Both the position numbers and the translations under genes were made by a program. A stretch of 64,000 nucleotides of DNA from positions 62,001 through 126,000 of the IMG/VR virus record IMGVR_UViG_3300044972_002389; one strand, 5' to 3'. Shown piece by piece: positions 26,476-36,086 of this stretch. The notes beneath the pieces are model-generated. The model was given only the letters and a program-made list of their open reading frames with translations. It did no database searches and had not been told where the DNA came from. Within the stretch, counting starts at the first letter, position 1, and each line of letters begins with the position of its first letter.

Positions 26476-27046
26476 AACCAGTAAAGCTGTTATGAGAAGG
26501 CTCTCTGACAGCAGATTTATTACTCGATATTTCGTAGGCAATGGCATTGACATTGGTGCTGGGGATGACCCAGTCAGCAATTACAAAGATTTTTTTCCAG
26601 GAATGCAGCAGGTGAGAAATTGGGACCTACCTGATGGTGATGCGCAGTTGATGGCAGGTGTAGCTGACAACAGTTTTGATTGGTTACTCAGCAGCCATTG
26701 TCTTGAGCACATGAGAGACCCTACAGAAGCTATGAGAAACTGGAGCAGAATTTTGCAACCAGGTGGGCATATGGTCCTATTGGTTCCAGATGAAGACCTT
26801 TATGAACAAGGGGTTTTTCCCAGTCGTTTCAACTGGGATCACAAAACTACTTGGACAATTCAAAAAAATCTCAGCTGGAGTCCTGTTTCTGTAAGCTGCA
26901 CAAGTTTCCTAGCCAACTTTCCCGAACTCACTATCTTGAAGCTTGAGCTTTTGGATGCCAGTTATCGATACCATATTCAAAATCAAGATCAAACACTGAC
27001 ACCCATTGGTGAATCAGCTATCGAAATCATTCTTAGGAAAAAGTGA
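26465..27046 (+). CDS. Class I SAM-dependent methyltransferase
   Basis: GNGIDIGAGDDP (motif I), WDLPDGDAQ, SFDWLLSSHCLEHM, ILQPGGH. Confidence 0.88.
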   Translation: MTHETSKAVMRRLSDSRFITRYFVGNGIDIGAGDDPVSNYKDFFPGMQQVRNWDLPDGDAQLMAGVADNSFDWLLSSHCLEHMRDPTEAMRNWSRILQPGGHMVLLVPDEDLYEQGVFPSRFNWDHKTTWTIQKNLSWSPVSVSCTSFLANFPELTILKLELLDASYRYHIQNQDQTLTPIGESAIEIILRKK

Positions 27047-27091
27047 CAATCTTGCACGACTCTGGTATAGTTTTGAAATAGTTTTCTTGGG

Positions 27092-27889
27092 TTGATTGTG
27101 CTGAAAAACTTCATAACCTATGCCACTGCTGGTGATATAATATACAGTCTTTGTGCAGTAAAAATCCTTGGGGGTGGCAACATTTACCTCAAATTGGGAT
27201 ACCTTGATGAGTTTTGCCGAAATGTGTTGGGTTGGTACAATCAGCCCTTCACAGGCAGAATAAGTGAAAAAGATTTTCAAAACATTGAAAGCCTGTTGTT
27301 ACACCAAAGTTATTTGCATGAAGTGCAAATCTATACCAACCAGCACATTGATTATGATTTAGCAGCTGAAAATTGGAAATTCATATTACCTTCTGGTTGG
27401 CAAGGTAATCAAACTCAAGCCTATGCCTTGGGACTGGGATGGGATATGACTGACGTTCAATTGCAGCACCAGTTGTTGAGAGAGCCTTGGCTCACACAGG
27501 TTAGCCCAATCCTTATCCCCAATCGACCCATAGTAATCAATCGAACACCTAGACATAGAGACAACAGTGCTACACAAAAATGGATGGATTTTATCAAACA
27601 AGGTCTGTGCAAGCAGGCTGTGTTTGTGGGCACACCTAGAGAACATCAAGAGTGGCAAACAGAGTTCAAGGAGACTATTGACTATTTTCCTACCCTAGAT
27701 CTGTTGCATTTGGCACAGGTAATTCAAGGTTGTGAAATGTTCATTGGCAATCAAAGTGCGCCATTGGCTATAGCGATAGGTTTGGGCAAAAGCTATTGGT
27801 GCGAAGGCAATCGGGATACAAAAACACAAACTCCTCTAGGAGGCGGGGGCGATTGTTGGTTTGACCGCATAAATGGAAATTATTTTTGA
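27092..27889 (+). CDS. GT9 (heptosyltransferase)-like glycosyltransferase
   Basis: AGDIIYSL at the N-terminus and LLHLAQVIQGCEMFIGNQSAP.AIA.GLGK at the C-terminus. Confidence 0.7.
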   Translation: MIVLKNFITYATAGDIIYSLCAVKILGGGNIYLKLGYLDEFCRNVLGWYNQPFTGRISEKDFQNIESLLLHQSYLHEVQIYTNQHIDYDLAAENWKFILPSGWQGNQTQAYALGLGWDMTDVQLQHQLLREPWLTQVSPILIPNRPIVINRTPRHRDNSATQKWMDFIKQGLCKQAVFVGTPREHQEWQTEFKETIDYFPTLDLLHLAQVIQGCEMFIGNQSAPLAIAIGLGKSYWCEGNRDTKTQTPLGGGGDCWFDRINGNYF

Positions 27890-28593
27890 TCGGGCAACAC
27901 ATGTATGGACTGCTGGTTGTTTACAACAACAATTTCTCAGAACTTTCAAAAATAACCTTGGACAAAAACAAAAAGCTGTATGCTCAGAGACACAATTATC
28001 ATCTGTTTGAAAAAACCACTTGGACCAGTCACTTTGACAGAATCCATGCGGTGTTGGAACTTTTTGACACACACCCACATCTCAGTTGGCTTTGGTATAC
28101 TGATACTGATGTTTTGATCACCAACTTCAAAACAACCATACAAGAAAAAACTAGTGACACACATGATTTACTCATCTCAACTGATGTAAATGGCCTCAAT
28201 ACAGGCAGCATTTTATTTCGTAACTCAAGTCAGTGTCGGTCATTACTGCACGAGTTATTGAAAGTGGAAAAAGAAGCTTTGCAACATTGGGACTCAGAAC
28301 AGTGGGCATTGAATCAGTTATTTGGGTTCCCCGGCACACACCACCCAAGTTACCCGCAAGGCGAGTCTTTGAAAATTCCACATCCTTGGGACAAAACGAT
28401 TCAAGTTGTGCCTCAACGAATGTTAAACAGCTATGATTACAACCTATATCCTTATATACCAAAACCTGCCTTGGACAAACTGTTGACAGATGGCTCATGG
28501 CAGCCAGGCGATTGGGCTGTGCATTTTCCTGGTGTAAGTGAATCAGAAAAAATAAATTTGTGCAACAGTTGGCAAAACAAAATACTGTTGTAA
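27886..28593 (+). CDS. GT34/GMA12-like GT-A glycosyltransferase
   Basis: KKLYAQRHNY, WLWYTDTDVLITN (DxD), D.NGLNTGSIL, EQWAL, DWAVHFPG. Confidence 0.75.
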   Translation: MIGQHMYGLLVVYNNNFSELSKITLDKNKKLYAQRHNYHLFEKTTWTSHFDRIHAVLELFDTHPHLSWLWYTDTDVLITNFKTTIQEKTSDTHDLLISTDVNGLNTGSILFRNSSQCRSLLHELLKVEKEALQHWDSEQWALNQLFGFPGTHHPSYPQGESLKIPHPWDKTIQVVPQRMLNSYDYNLYPYIPKPALDKLLTDGSWQPGDWAVHFPGVSESEKINLCNSWQNKILL

Positions 28594-28611
28594 CTGCCAA
28601 AGGACAAAAAA

Positions 28612-29484
28612 TTGAAAGTATATGATTGTTTTACTTTTTTCAATGAGTTAGATCTACTTGAAATACGCCTTGAAGAGCTATGGGACGTTGTTGACTATTT
28701 TGTGTTAGCTGAATCAAATGTTACACATACTGGCATGTTCAAGCCCTTGTATTTTGATCTAAACAAACAACGCTTTGAAAAATATGCCCAGAAAATTCGT
28801 CACATTGTTGTTGATGACATGCCTGGCGGTGAAGACAACCTTTGGTTCAGAGAAAATCATCAACGCAGATGTCTTGCTCGAGGACTAGGAGACAAAAGCC
28901 CTGATGATTTGATCATTGTAACTGATGCCGATGAAATTCCTCGAGCATCAGTAGTTTCTAGCATAAAACATGATAGTCAGCACACTCGTTGGATTTTGTT
29001 TGCTCCACAGTATTTGTATAAATTAAATTACATGAGAATCAAAACCACAAATGGGGTAGATTGGCAAGCTGGTCCAAGTATTATTGTCTCAAAGTCTCAA
29101 GACTTTACTGACCCTCAAACAGAACGAACATTTACGTTTCCATGGGTTGGGTTGCCTGATGGCACAGCCTTTGTTGCGCATGGAGGTTGGCATTGGAGCT
29201 CATTGGGAAACAATCAGCATTGTATTCAAAAGATCAACAGTTTTGTTCATACAAATGAGAATATACCTGAAATAGTCGAAAACTTTGACATTGACAGATT
29301 TATAGCCACAAAAGGTAGCCATCACACCCCAGGACAGTTTTTTGAAACAGTGGAATTGAACAACTATTTTCCCAATTTTGTCTTATCCAATGCACAAAAA
29401 TTCTCGCAACATGTTGCACCTGGGTTAGGTGTCAAAACAAGTGATATCTATCCTTTTGATACCCAACACACTTACAGAACATAA
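28612..29484 (+). CDS. GT17 (beta-1,4-GlcNAc transferase)-like glycosyltransferase
   Basis: VYDCFTFFNELDLLEIRL, VDYFVLAESN.TH.G..KPLYF, ENHQR, VTDADEIP, GGWHWS. Confidence 0.88.
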   Translation: MKVYDCFTFFNELDLLEIRLEELWDVVDYFVLAESNVTHTGMFKPLYFDLNKQRFEKYAQKIRHIVVDDMPGGEDNLWFRENHQRRCLARGLGDKSPDDLIIVTDADEIPRASVVSSIKHDSQHTRWILFAPQYLYKLNYMRIKTTNGVDWQAGPSIIVSKSQDFTDPQTERTFTFPWVGLPDGTAFVAHGGWHWSSLGNNQHCIQKINSFVHTNENIPEIVENFDIDRFIATKGSHHTPGQFFETVELNNYFPNFVLSNAQKFSQHVAPGLGVKTSDIYPFDTQHTYRT

Positions 29485-29500
29485 CAAGGGAGAAATAAAA

Positions 29501-30085
29501 ATGGACATGAGCCTTGAACAAATGCTGGCCCAAACAGGTAAGCGCCAAGCCAGCTTTGAAATAATGATAAATCATCTAAAACAAACTGCCAATCCGTTGA
29601 TTGTTGAAACTGGATGCAGTCGCAGCCTACAACATGGATTCCACGGTGATGGTTTCAGTACAATAATTTTTGACAAGTATGTGGAAACTTTTTCTGGGCA
29701 ACTATTGACAGTTGATTTGGATGAGTCTCATGTGAATTTTTCTCGCTCACAAGTGTGCTCAAACACACAAATTTTTTGTCAAGACAGTGTTGTTTGGTTA
29801 CGAAATTTAAGTCAAAAGTTGCAGGCAGAAAACCGTCAGATAAACTTACTCTATCTCGACAGTTTTGATTTTTACCCAGACAATCCTCATCCCAGTAGTT
29901 TTCATCATATGAAAGAATTGACTGCAATTTGGAGTTGTTTGGGTCCAGGCACAATGATTGCTGTGGACGATAATTTTGGTGACTCTTCTTCTCGGATAGG
30001 CAAAGGCAAGTATGTGGAAGAATTCTTTCAAAACATTTGTGTGCCGCTTGTATATGACGGCTATCAACTAGTTTGGCAGCTTTAA
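29501..30085 (+). CDS. Class I SAM-dependent methyltransferase (Methyltransf_24-like)
   Basis: IVETG, TVDLD, CQDSV..L, LLYLDS, IAVDDN, GKG; aagggag SD. Confidence 0.75.
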   Translation: MDMSLEQMLAQTGKRQASFEIMINHLKQTANPLIVETGCSRSLQHGFHGDGFSTIIFDKYVETFSGQLLTVDLDESHVNFSRSQVCSNTQIFCQDSVVWLRNLSQKLQAENRQINLLYLDSFDFYPDNPHPSSFHHMKELTAIWSCLGPGTMIAVDDNFGDSSSRIGKGKYVEEFFQNICVPLVYDGYQLVWQL

Positions 30086-30147
30086 CACAAGCTCCTTGAC
30101 TTGTCTGCATGGTTACAACAAAATTATAACAAATAGGAGAATCTAGG

Positions 30148-31029
30148 ATGTTTGGACGCAATGAGCTGGTTGGTGAACGTTACTTCAAAAATGCAGAAGA
30201 TGAACTTTTTGTAACTAGTATTTTCACCACATTTCAGGGAGAAGGCCCATATCGAGGCGAGCCTGCTGTGTTTGTTAGGCTAGCCAAGTGCAATCTCCAA
30301 TGTTCATTTTGTGATACTTTCTTTGATGATGGTGATTGGATGACAATCCAAGAGATTGACTCCAAAATCGCAAAGAGCATCTCTGACAGCTTCAATGGTA
30401 ATACCCCTCTTTGGGCTGATGTTGTGTATGGGGGTCCAGGAAGTGATCCTGTAAAGAAACGCAACATGGTTCTCGTGCTTACTGGCGGTGAGCCCATGCT
30501 ACAAAAAAACATTGTTCCATTTTTAGAGCATATGAATACCCAGTTTGCCCGAACGCAAATTGAAAGCAACGGCACTATCGTCCAGAACATTCCTCAGGAA
30601 ACTACCTTAGTAGTAAGTCCCAAGTGCAGTGAAAAAAATGGCCGTCCGGTGAAATATCTTGAACCACGAGCAGAAATGCTAGGAAGAGCAGACTGTTTGA
30701 AATTTGTAATGAGTGCAGATTCTGATACTCCTTACAATAATGTCCCTGACTGGGCACACAACTGGCGGGACCAAACTGGTAAGAAGGTGTTTGTAAGTCC
30801 CATGAACATTTACAACCATGAACCGCAGAAAAGCAAGCAAATTCGAGCTGAGAAAAATCAAATTAGTCTTGAAGAACGCAGTATTGTGGATGAAGTTGTG
30901 AGTTTTTGGACGCCAGGGCTTATCAATATGCAAACTGCTCAAGCCAATCACGAACACGCTGCTCGTTATTGTGTCCAGAACGGATTCGTCTTTAATATGC
31001 AATTGCATTTATTTGGAAGTTACGCCTAA
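30148..31029 (+). CDS. queE: 7-carboxy-7-deazaguanine synthase (radical SAM)
   Basis: IFTTFQGEGPY.G.PAVFVRL, CNLQCSFCDT (CxxxCxxC), LTGGEPMLQ, IESNGT, VSPK, MQLH. Confidence 0.93.
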   Translation: MFGRNELVGERYFKNAEDELFVTSIFTTFQGEGPYRGEPAVFVRLAKCNLQCSFCDTFFDDGDWMTIQEIDSKIAKSISDSFNGNTPLWADVVYGGPGSDPVKKRNMVLVLTGGEPMLQKNIVPFLEHMNTQFARTQIESNGTIVQNIPQETTLVVSPKCSEKNGRPVKYLEPRAEMLGRADCLKFVMSADSDTPYNNVPDWAHNWRDQTGKKVFVSPMNIYNHEPQKSKQIRAEKNQISLEERSIVDEVVSFWTPGLINMQTAQANHEHAARYCVQNGFVFNMQLHLFGSYA

Positions 31030-31031
31030 GC

Positions 31032-31298
31032 ATGAGCATACCTGTCAGATTTGATTGGTATTCAGATAGTGGCGAGCTGTTGGTGGCCAACCGGGGATTC
31101 TTCACCATCTCGTATGGTCAGGATCCCCACAATCTCTCCACGCTAGCTAGTAGGGTGGCTGAGTGTCCTATTTCAGAGCACCAAAAATACATCCATCCCC
31201 AAGTGAGGTATGCAGTGCCACTTTCAGCACCCGACTACATGTTTGATCTACAAGATCTCAGTTATGTGCTACCAAACAACTTCAAGGAAAAAACATGA
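31032..31298 (+). CDS. Hypothetical protein
   Basis: 88-aa ORF filling the gap; ATGA overlap with the next gene. Confidence 0.55.
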   Translation: MSIPVRFDWYSDSGELLVANRGFFTISYGQDPHNLSTLASRVAECPISEHQKYIHPQVRYAVPLSAPDYMFDLQDLSYVLPNNFKEKT

Positions 31299-31915
31299 GC
31301 AAGAATCTAAAAATCCCCTTTGGCCTTTGGCCAGGAAGTTGGGGTCTACGAGGTCGCACAAGACAAATTGCAGAAGCCGAATACACTATGCAGGGTCTTG
31401 ACCTTGAGTTACGCTTGATTGAAATAAATGAGGAAGATCCTCTTCAGAAAGAGATCAAAACTCTCAAATCCAAAAAGAAATATGGGCAACTTACTGAGTA
31501 TGAGTTTGACCAGCAAATATGCATGCTGACTACTGAAGAAACCAGTGTTGATCGTGCAATAGCCCTGTTGGATGTTGAACTCAAACACAACAAAATTGAT
31601 CGCAATGAGCATGAGAAGCAAACAGCTGAGGCCAAAAAAGAGCCTTGGGTAGCTATGCCCAACATCAGTTGGGACCCCACTGATCCGTCACGAAGCTTTT
31701 TTGAATTGGATTACAACAGTTATTTTGTGGAATTTCTCCGCAACCACGGTTATGAAGGTGCCAGTGAGCAAGAAGTAGTGGAAAAGTGGTTAACAGATGT
31801 TTGTCGAGCCGTAGCCTCAGATTTGGGCGAACAAGATGATGCATTTGTTGCCACTGCTATACCAACTAACCGGAGAGCAAGGCGACCTAACAAACAGAAG
31901 ACTGAATACAGTTGA
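31295..31915 (+). CDS. Conserved jumbo-phage hypothetical protein
   Basis: IPFGLWPGSWGL.G, KKEPWV, FFELDYN..FVEFL...GY.G..E.E.V.KW. Confidence 0.7.
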   Translation: MSKNLKIPFGLWPGSWGLRGRTRQIAEAEYTMQGLDLELRLIEINEEDPLQKEIKTLKSKKKYGQLTEYEFDQQICMLTTEETSVDRAIALLDVELKHNKIDRNEHEKQTAEAKKEPWVAMPNISWDPTDPSRSFFELDYNSYFVEFLRNHGYEGASEQEVVEKWLTDVCRAVASDLGEQDDAFVATAIPTNRRARRPNKQKTEYS

Positions 31916-31939
31916 CACACTGCCTAGCCTTGCTAGAGT
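31912..31939 (+). promoter_or_regulatory. Sigma70-like promoter TTGACA-N16-TAGAGT
   Basis: Upstream of ggag SD and the TTG start at 31965. Confidence 0.6.
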
Positions 31940-31964
31940 TGTGTCATATAGTGGAGATAGAACT

Positions 31965-32945
31965 TTGAGCACTTATGTAATTGTAGATCTGCAAAATTTG
32001 GCGATGCGTGTTCGATATGGTGTAAGAGCTCCAGATTTCAATGCACAAGTGGGCTTGGCCATGCACATTATTTTCACCAGCATCAAAAAGGTGTGGAACG
32101 ATTTCAATGGGTCACATTTAGTGTGCTGCCTCGAAAGCAGGAGTTGGCGACGGGATTTTTACCAGCCTTACAAAGCTCATCGCCGAGTAGCTGCTGGACA
32201 GCGCACAGCGGATGAACAGGAAGAAGATCGAGTGTTTTATGAAGCTCTTGATGACTTCATTAAGTTCGTAAGCTCGCGTACCAATGCAACAGTGTTGAAG
32301 GCGCCACAAGCTGAAGCAGATGATCTCATTGCACGTTGGATCCAATTGCATCCGGGTGATGATCATGTGATTGTCAGCACTGACAGTGACTTTCAACAAC
32401 TGCTAGCCACGAATGTTAAAATTTACGATGGTATCAGTGCGTTGCTCTATACCATAAACGGAATTTACGACAAAGATGGCAATCTTGCGCACAACAAGAA
32501 GGGCGAGGCACTACCAGTGCCTCATCCTGAATGGATTTTGTTTGAAAAATGCATTAGGGGTGATGCCAGTGATAATGTCATGAGTGCATTCCCAGGTGTG
32601 CGGAAGAAAAAGATGTTGGAAGCATTTGAAAACAAAGTGTCCCAAGGCTATTCCTGGAACAATCTCATGCTCAGCACGTGGACAGACCACAACGGAGAAG
32701 AGATTCGAGTTCGTGACGCATATGAAAGAAACTGTACTCTTGTTGATCTCACCGCTCAGCCTCAAGAGTTTGTGGAAACTTGGGATACTTGCATCAAAAA
32801 TGCAGTAAACCAACCCCGTAAGGCACAAGTGGGCATTGCATTGCTGAAATTTGCAGCACAGTGGGGTTTGATGCGGATTGAAAAAACAGCCTCAGATTAC
32901 AGTGTGTGTTTCAGTAGTGAATATCAAGGACACTTGACCGAGTAA
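31965..32945 (+). CDS. rnh: T4 RNase H-like 5'-3' exonuclease (FEN fold)
   Basis: IVD..N, SWRRDFYQPYKAHR, EADDLIA, IVSTDSDF.QL, GDASDNV. Confidence 0.9.
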   Translation: MSTYVIVDLQNLAMRVRYGVRAPDFNAQVGLAMHIIFTSIKKVWNDFNGSHLVCCLESRSWRRDFYQPYKAHRRVAAGQRTADEQEEDRVFYEALDDFIKFVSSRTNATVLKAPQAEADDLIARWIQLHPGDDHVIVSTDSDFQQLLATNVKIYDGISALLYTINGIYDKDGNLAHNKKGEALPVPHPEWILFEKCIRGDASDNVMSAFPGVRKKKMLEAFENKVSQGYSWNNLMLSTWTDHNGEEIRVRDAYERNCTLVDLTAQPQEFVETWDTCIKNAVNQPRKAQVGIALLKFAAQWGLMRIEKTASDYSVCFSSEYQGHLTE

Positions 32946-32953
32946 ATAAGGCT

Positions 32954-33508
32954 ATGGATTTGGATTTTCAAAACATCTGGAACATCCTAGTCTCATGTCA
33001 ACCTCCTGAGATCACACACTTTCAACAAAAGAGCCATCCTGGCCGCGGATGGTGGTTAAAGACGTGTGTACCACTTATTGGTGAACCAGACCTATACAAA
33101 ATTTGGAGTCGCATCATCAAAAACAACAATCGTTTGGTTTGTATTACTAGTGAAAGTTTTGATTGGCAACAGGCCCCAATTCCAAATACTGCTAGCATTT
33201 GGTGCCGCGATGGTATAGATATAACCCTAAAAATAGCAGATGGTGTTTTTGACTACAACATATTGCCTTTTGAAAATTCATTTAACCAACATGGAAACTC
33301 CTTAAGAAAACAATTGCTTAAATTCAACGAATCTTATCCAGGGGCACTAGCACCTGATGAGTTGACAAAGCTGGTTGCTGTTGCAGACTTGATGTGTAAC
33401 TGGCAGACAGAAACACAAGCGAAGGCCCGTAGGGCAAAGTTCAAGGTAGTTGACAATGAAGAAAATCTCAGCCAAACCCATCAGTGCACAAAGTTGGATG
33501 TTGACTGA
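32954..33508 (+). CDS. Hypothetical protein
   Basis: 184-aa ORF starting 5 nt after TAAATA (32943-48). Confidence 0.6.
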   Translation: MDLDFQNIWNILVSCQPPEITHFQQKSHPGRGWWLKTCVPLIGEPDLYKIWSRIIKNNNRLVCITSESFDWQQAPIPNTASIWCRDGIDITLKIADGVFDYNILPFENSFNQHGNSLRKQLLKFNESYPGALAPDELTKLVAVADLMCNWQTETQAKARRAKFKVVDNEENLSQTHQCTKLDVD

Positions 33509-33932
33509 ATGGGGGAATAGAGTTGGAGTGCTCAGTGCCCAGGATGGATCTTACACGCTCCTAAGCAGCCAAACAACTGAAACATTCTCTAGTCAAGAGG
33601 CGTTGGAAAAGTCGCTGGGGTGGCACATCACTTTTGAGCAACTGGAAGCAAAGGAAGAACCTTTGGACAAAATTGGCGTTTGGCCAATCAAGCATACGAA
33701 TCCACAAAATGTCCAAGACTCTCCTTTTGTTACCTATTCAAAAACAGCACACAGCAAAAGTAGATTTGCAGCTGGATATTGGGGCATTCACTATAGTCAT
33801 GGCTGGAGTCCCAGTTTTTGTCCCAAGATGGAAACTGTAGAAAACGCCCCTACTGTGGGGCCATTTTCCAGCAAGTTGGAACTCAATACAGTGCTCAACA
33901 AAAAACAAAAAGAGGGACAAAAACAGCCATGA
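33456..33932 (+). CDS. Conserved phage hypothetical protein
   Basis: SKS.FAAGYWGI....GWSPSFCPK...GPF motif. Confidence 0.65.
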   Translation: MKKISAKPISAQSWMLTEWGNRVGVLSAQDGSYTLLSSQTTETFSSQEALEKSLGWHITFEQLEAKEEPLDKIGVWPIKHTNPQNVQDSPFVTYSKTAHSKSRFAAGYWGIHYSHGWSPSFCPKMETVENAPTVGPFSSKLELNTVLNKKQKEGQKQP

Positions 33933-34174
33933 GCAGCAACTTTTCCAGTGATCCCATCAATCAGTTTGTGAAACTGGTGAACACTGCTCGCGACTACAAC
34001 TCAAAAGAGATTCGCATGTCAAGAGAAGACGCGGAAAGTTTGGCCTTGAGCTTAACTGCATTGTTGGCTCGCGATGTAAATCTTGCACAAAAAGTGATGG
34101 AACTACAAGAAAAACTTGTGGGGCAACTGCAATCAACCCCACGCAATCTAGATCTCAATGGAGGCACGTTCTGA
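33929..34174 (+). CDS. Small helical hypothetical protein
   Basis: I.QF.K.V....N.KEIRM...DA and terminal L.LNGGTF; ATGA overlap. Confidence 0.6.
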   Translation: MSSNFSSDPINQFVKLVNTARDYNSKEIRMSREDAESLALSLTALLARDVNLAQKVMELQEKLVGQLQSTPRNLDLNGGTF

Positions 34175-34866
34175 TGTTGATGAAGCCTGTGGTTGATCCC
34201 TTATTCCAAACTTTGATTGCTCGAATGCCTCCTTTGAGTATTACTGAAGGGCCTTGGATTGCTGGCGGCGCGGCACGCAAACTTTGGGAAAACAATCCCT
34301 GGACTACTGGTGACTTAGATGTGTTTTTCACCAGCGGGGAACAGCTGGCCACTTGGAAAAAAATCTTTGAAACCTCTCTTATGGTGAATGTGCAGGAGGA
34401 GTTTGAAAAAGAAACTGAATGCATGGAACAAGAAGACAACACCTTCACAGTAGAGCTTTTCAACAACTTCAAATGCCTACAGACCAAACCCAAAAACAAG
34501 TTTTACGTTGCACACCAAAGTGATAATGCCATCACTTATCGGATGCCAGGTGATTCCCCGCTCACAGGAATAACAGTGCAAATGATCAAACGCCGCTTTG
34601 GAGAAAGTGTAGAGAAGGTTTGGGACAGCTTTGACTTCCACAATTGTGAGTTTGCCACAGATGGGAAAACACTGCTGGCTTCAGAATCTGCTGCTTGGGG
34701 CAGCCTTTCTGGAGAGCTGCTCTTGAAAGACTCTGACAACACCCGCAACTTGCCCTTGAGAACCTTGAAATATCATTTGCATGGTTTTGAAGCCAGCAAA
34801 GAATTGCTATTGACTGCGGTAGAGCAACTTACAAAGGGAGGAGTAACATGGGACAACGATTACTAG
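34174..34866 (+). CDS. Nucleotidyltransferase-fold protein (poly(A) polymerase/CCA head-like)
   Basis: GPWIAGGAAR, GDLDVFF, VQMI and FDF..CEFA motifs. Confidence 0.75.
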   Translation: MLMKPVVDPLFQTLIARMPPLSITEGPWIAGGAARKLWENNPWTTGDLDVFFTSGEQLATWKKIFETSLMVNVQEEFEKETECMEQEDNTFTVELFNNFKCLQTKPKNKFYVAHQSDNAITYRMPGDSPLTGITVQMIKRRFGESVEKVWDSFDFHNCEFATDGKTLLASESAAWGSLSGELLLKDSDNTRNLPLRTLKYHLHGFEASKELLLTAVEQLTKGGVTWDNDY

Positions 34867-35261
34867 ACTTCCAGCATTCAGATTTGGAATGCCTCCGAAT
34901 CGCCAGCGATTTGGGTGAAAGTGTCCTGGTAGACCGGTTGCCAACCTCAGAGGGCACCACTTGCGTAATTGCTGCTGGCAGCCTTTTGTTCACATCTCGC
35001 AGTTTCACCACATTTTGGATGTGGCTATGCATGGGTGGCAAATGGTATCAAGCAAACATCTGCAAAGATGGTGAACATGAGCTGATCCGTGATATGCGAC
35101 TGTTAAATCCCAATGTCTATGCTCATGTGTGCAAAGACACTCAGTTTGTGCCTGAGCGTTTTCTCAGCTTTCTCTTCAGTATTCTCAGCAAAAAACTCAA
35201 GAACATGACCCATGAGGAGCGTTTTGCCACTTTCAAGCGAGTGGTTTACGAGGTGGACTGA
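34848..35261 (+). CDS. Hypothetical protein
   Basis: 137-aa ORF overlapping the previous gene in the operon. Confidence 0.5.
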   Translation: MGQRLLDFQHSDLECLRIASDLGESVLVDRLPTSEGTTCVIAAGSLLFTSRSFTTFWMWLCMGGKWYQANICKDGEHELIRDMRLLNPNVYAHVCKDTQFVPERFLSFLFSILSKKLKNMTHEERFATFKRVVYEVD

Positions 35262-35314
35262 CTGAGAAAACTCACGACTCATAAATATTGCACACCAGAA
35301 ACAAGGCAATAGTC

Positions 35315-35617
35315 ATGAGTCGTCCCAAGCCCAAAGTGTTGTTGAGCTACACTGATCCCAAGACATTTCAGAGCGAACAGATTATTGCGGCCAAGGCAAT
35401 TTATGCTGTATTTTATGATGGAACCCCCATCAACCTCAAGAGTGTCAATACACTGCATGACGATTCAAATCCAAAATATCGTAGGGTCACTTTTCCAGAA
35501 AGTCCTGGGCATGCCTTCAATCTTGCTGATAAACTTAACAAAATGTTCAAAACAACTAAATTTGAAGTGTTTGAGTTTTCCCAAGGTGTTAAGATATCTA
35601 GACCTCCCAAGGTGTAA
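35315..35617 (+). CDS. Conserved phage hypothetical protein
   Basis: MSRPKPKVLL...AIYAVFY.G.PINLK...PKYRRVTF...GHAFNLA.KLN.MF; TAAATA at 35282-87. Confidence 0.7.
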   Translation: MSRPKPKVLLSYTDPKTFQSEQIIAAKAIYAVFYDGTPINLKSVNTLHDDSNPKYRRVTFPESPGHAFNLADKLNKMFKTTKFEVFEFSQGVKISRPPKV

Positions 35618-36013
35618 GTGACCCAATTACAGCGGGCAATCTGGGAAGATTTTTGCGAGCAGATCAACCCAGATGCAACTGAGCAAGCTTTTCCAGAAAA
35701 CCTTGTGGAAGGTGGTTTTGAAGGTTTTTGTAAAATTCTGTTTGTAAATTGGAGCAGCACACGCCCTAGTTTTCGGTTAACATCAACAGGGCTTCTGATC
35801 CTTTGTAGGATGTACCAATTTTGGGAATTTGATATCAGCAAACAGCCTTTCAACACATTTAATATTCCAAAGGTTCACATCCATCTGTATAGGAGTGTGA
35901 AAAGCCCTTATCACTATGATCAAAAACGGTTTGTAGTTTTTCATTCTGAGCGTGCTATGGAACTGGAGATGGCGGGTGGCAATATACTGACGTGGGCTGA
36001 AATGTTCGGATGA
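35618..36013 (+). CDS. Conserved phage hypothetical protein
   Basis: SFRLT..G and KSPY motifs; GTG start immediately after the previous stop. Confidence 0.6.
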   Translation: MTQLQRAIWEDFCEQINPDATEQAFPENLVEGGFEGFCKILFVNWSSTRPSFRLTSTGLLILCRMYQFWEFDISKQPFNTFNIPKVHIHLYRSVKSPYHYDQKRFVVFHSERAMELEMAGGNILTWAEMFG

Positions 36014-36021
36014 TTTTTGTG

Positions 36022-36049
36022 TTGACGTAAAAAATACCTGCCATATATT
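36022..36049 (+). promoter_or_regulatory. Sigma70-like promoter TTGACG-N16-TATATT
   Basis: Upstream of aagga SD and the moxR-like ATG. Confidence 0.7.
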
Positions 36050-36086
36050 CAGCTGGTAATACACAACAGCAAGGACACACGCAGAC

